Shown here: positions 63,853 through 64,000 of the stretch, piece after piece
Position numbering within the stretch: the stretch's first letter is position 1
Layout: each line of letters begins with the position of its first letter
Source of the DNA: Octopus sinensis
Taxonomy: Eukaryota
Length of the DNA stretch: 64,000 nt
Assembly: GCF_006345805.1 (NCBI RefSeq)
Contig: NC_043016.1
Coordinates: 7,750,001-7,814,000 of the forward strand
Reading direction: 5' to 3'
The notes under the pieces: model-generated
The model's database searches: none
What the model was told of the DNA's origin: nothing
The model's input: only the letters and a program-made list of their open reading frames with translations
Program-made: the position numbers and the translations under genes

Positions 63853-64000
63853 AATACCATCACCAGGCACTTCTAGAACTTCCACCGCCAAACCCTTGGG
63901 TACCCTTTGCAAAATCCAATTCTAAGTCACGTCACGTATATAAAACACTTTCATAAGACGCTTCCATTCTCTAAAGGGTATAAGGTAGCTCGTCAGCCAC

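Overview
Repeat-saturated, AT-rich animal genomic DNA with no recognisable host protein-coding gene. The SINE families and microsatellite load suggest a cephalopod (Octopus-like), which is inference. Contents: Tx1-clade L1 LINEs (three stacked in (GATA)n arrays at 15.9-23.2 kb, one near-intact at 31.6-35.7 kb), R4/Dong-like REL LINE remnants, CR1 and RTE remnants, a Penelope GIY-YIG remnant, a Ty3/gypsy gag remnant, mariner/Tc1 remnants, non-autonomous Helitrons, at least four tRNA-derived SINE families, several long palindromes and a 100-N gap. Main highlight: a tandem array of ~581-bp units at 47.6-49.2 kb in which every unit carries a type I hammerhead ribozyme fold (retrozyme-like; predicted ~581-nt circular RNA). 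Other highlights: minimal variant-core hammerheads in a Penelope-type terminal repeat, a tRNA-SINE whose 3' tail matches the local Tx1 LINE 3' end, and (GATA)n-targeted Tx1 stacking. Many frameshifts and unit-to-unit differences are 1-bp indels and may be long-read consensus errors.
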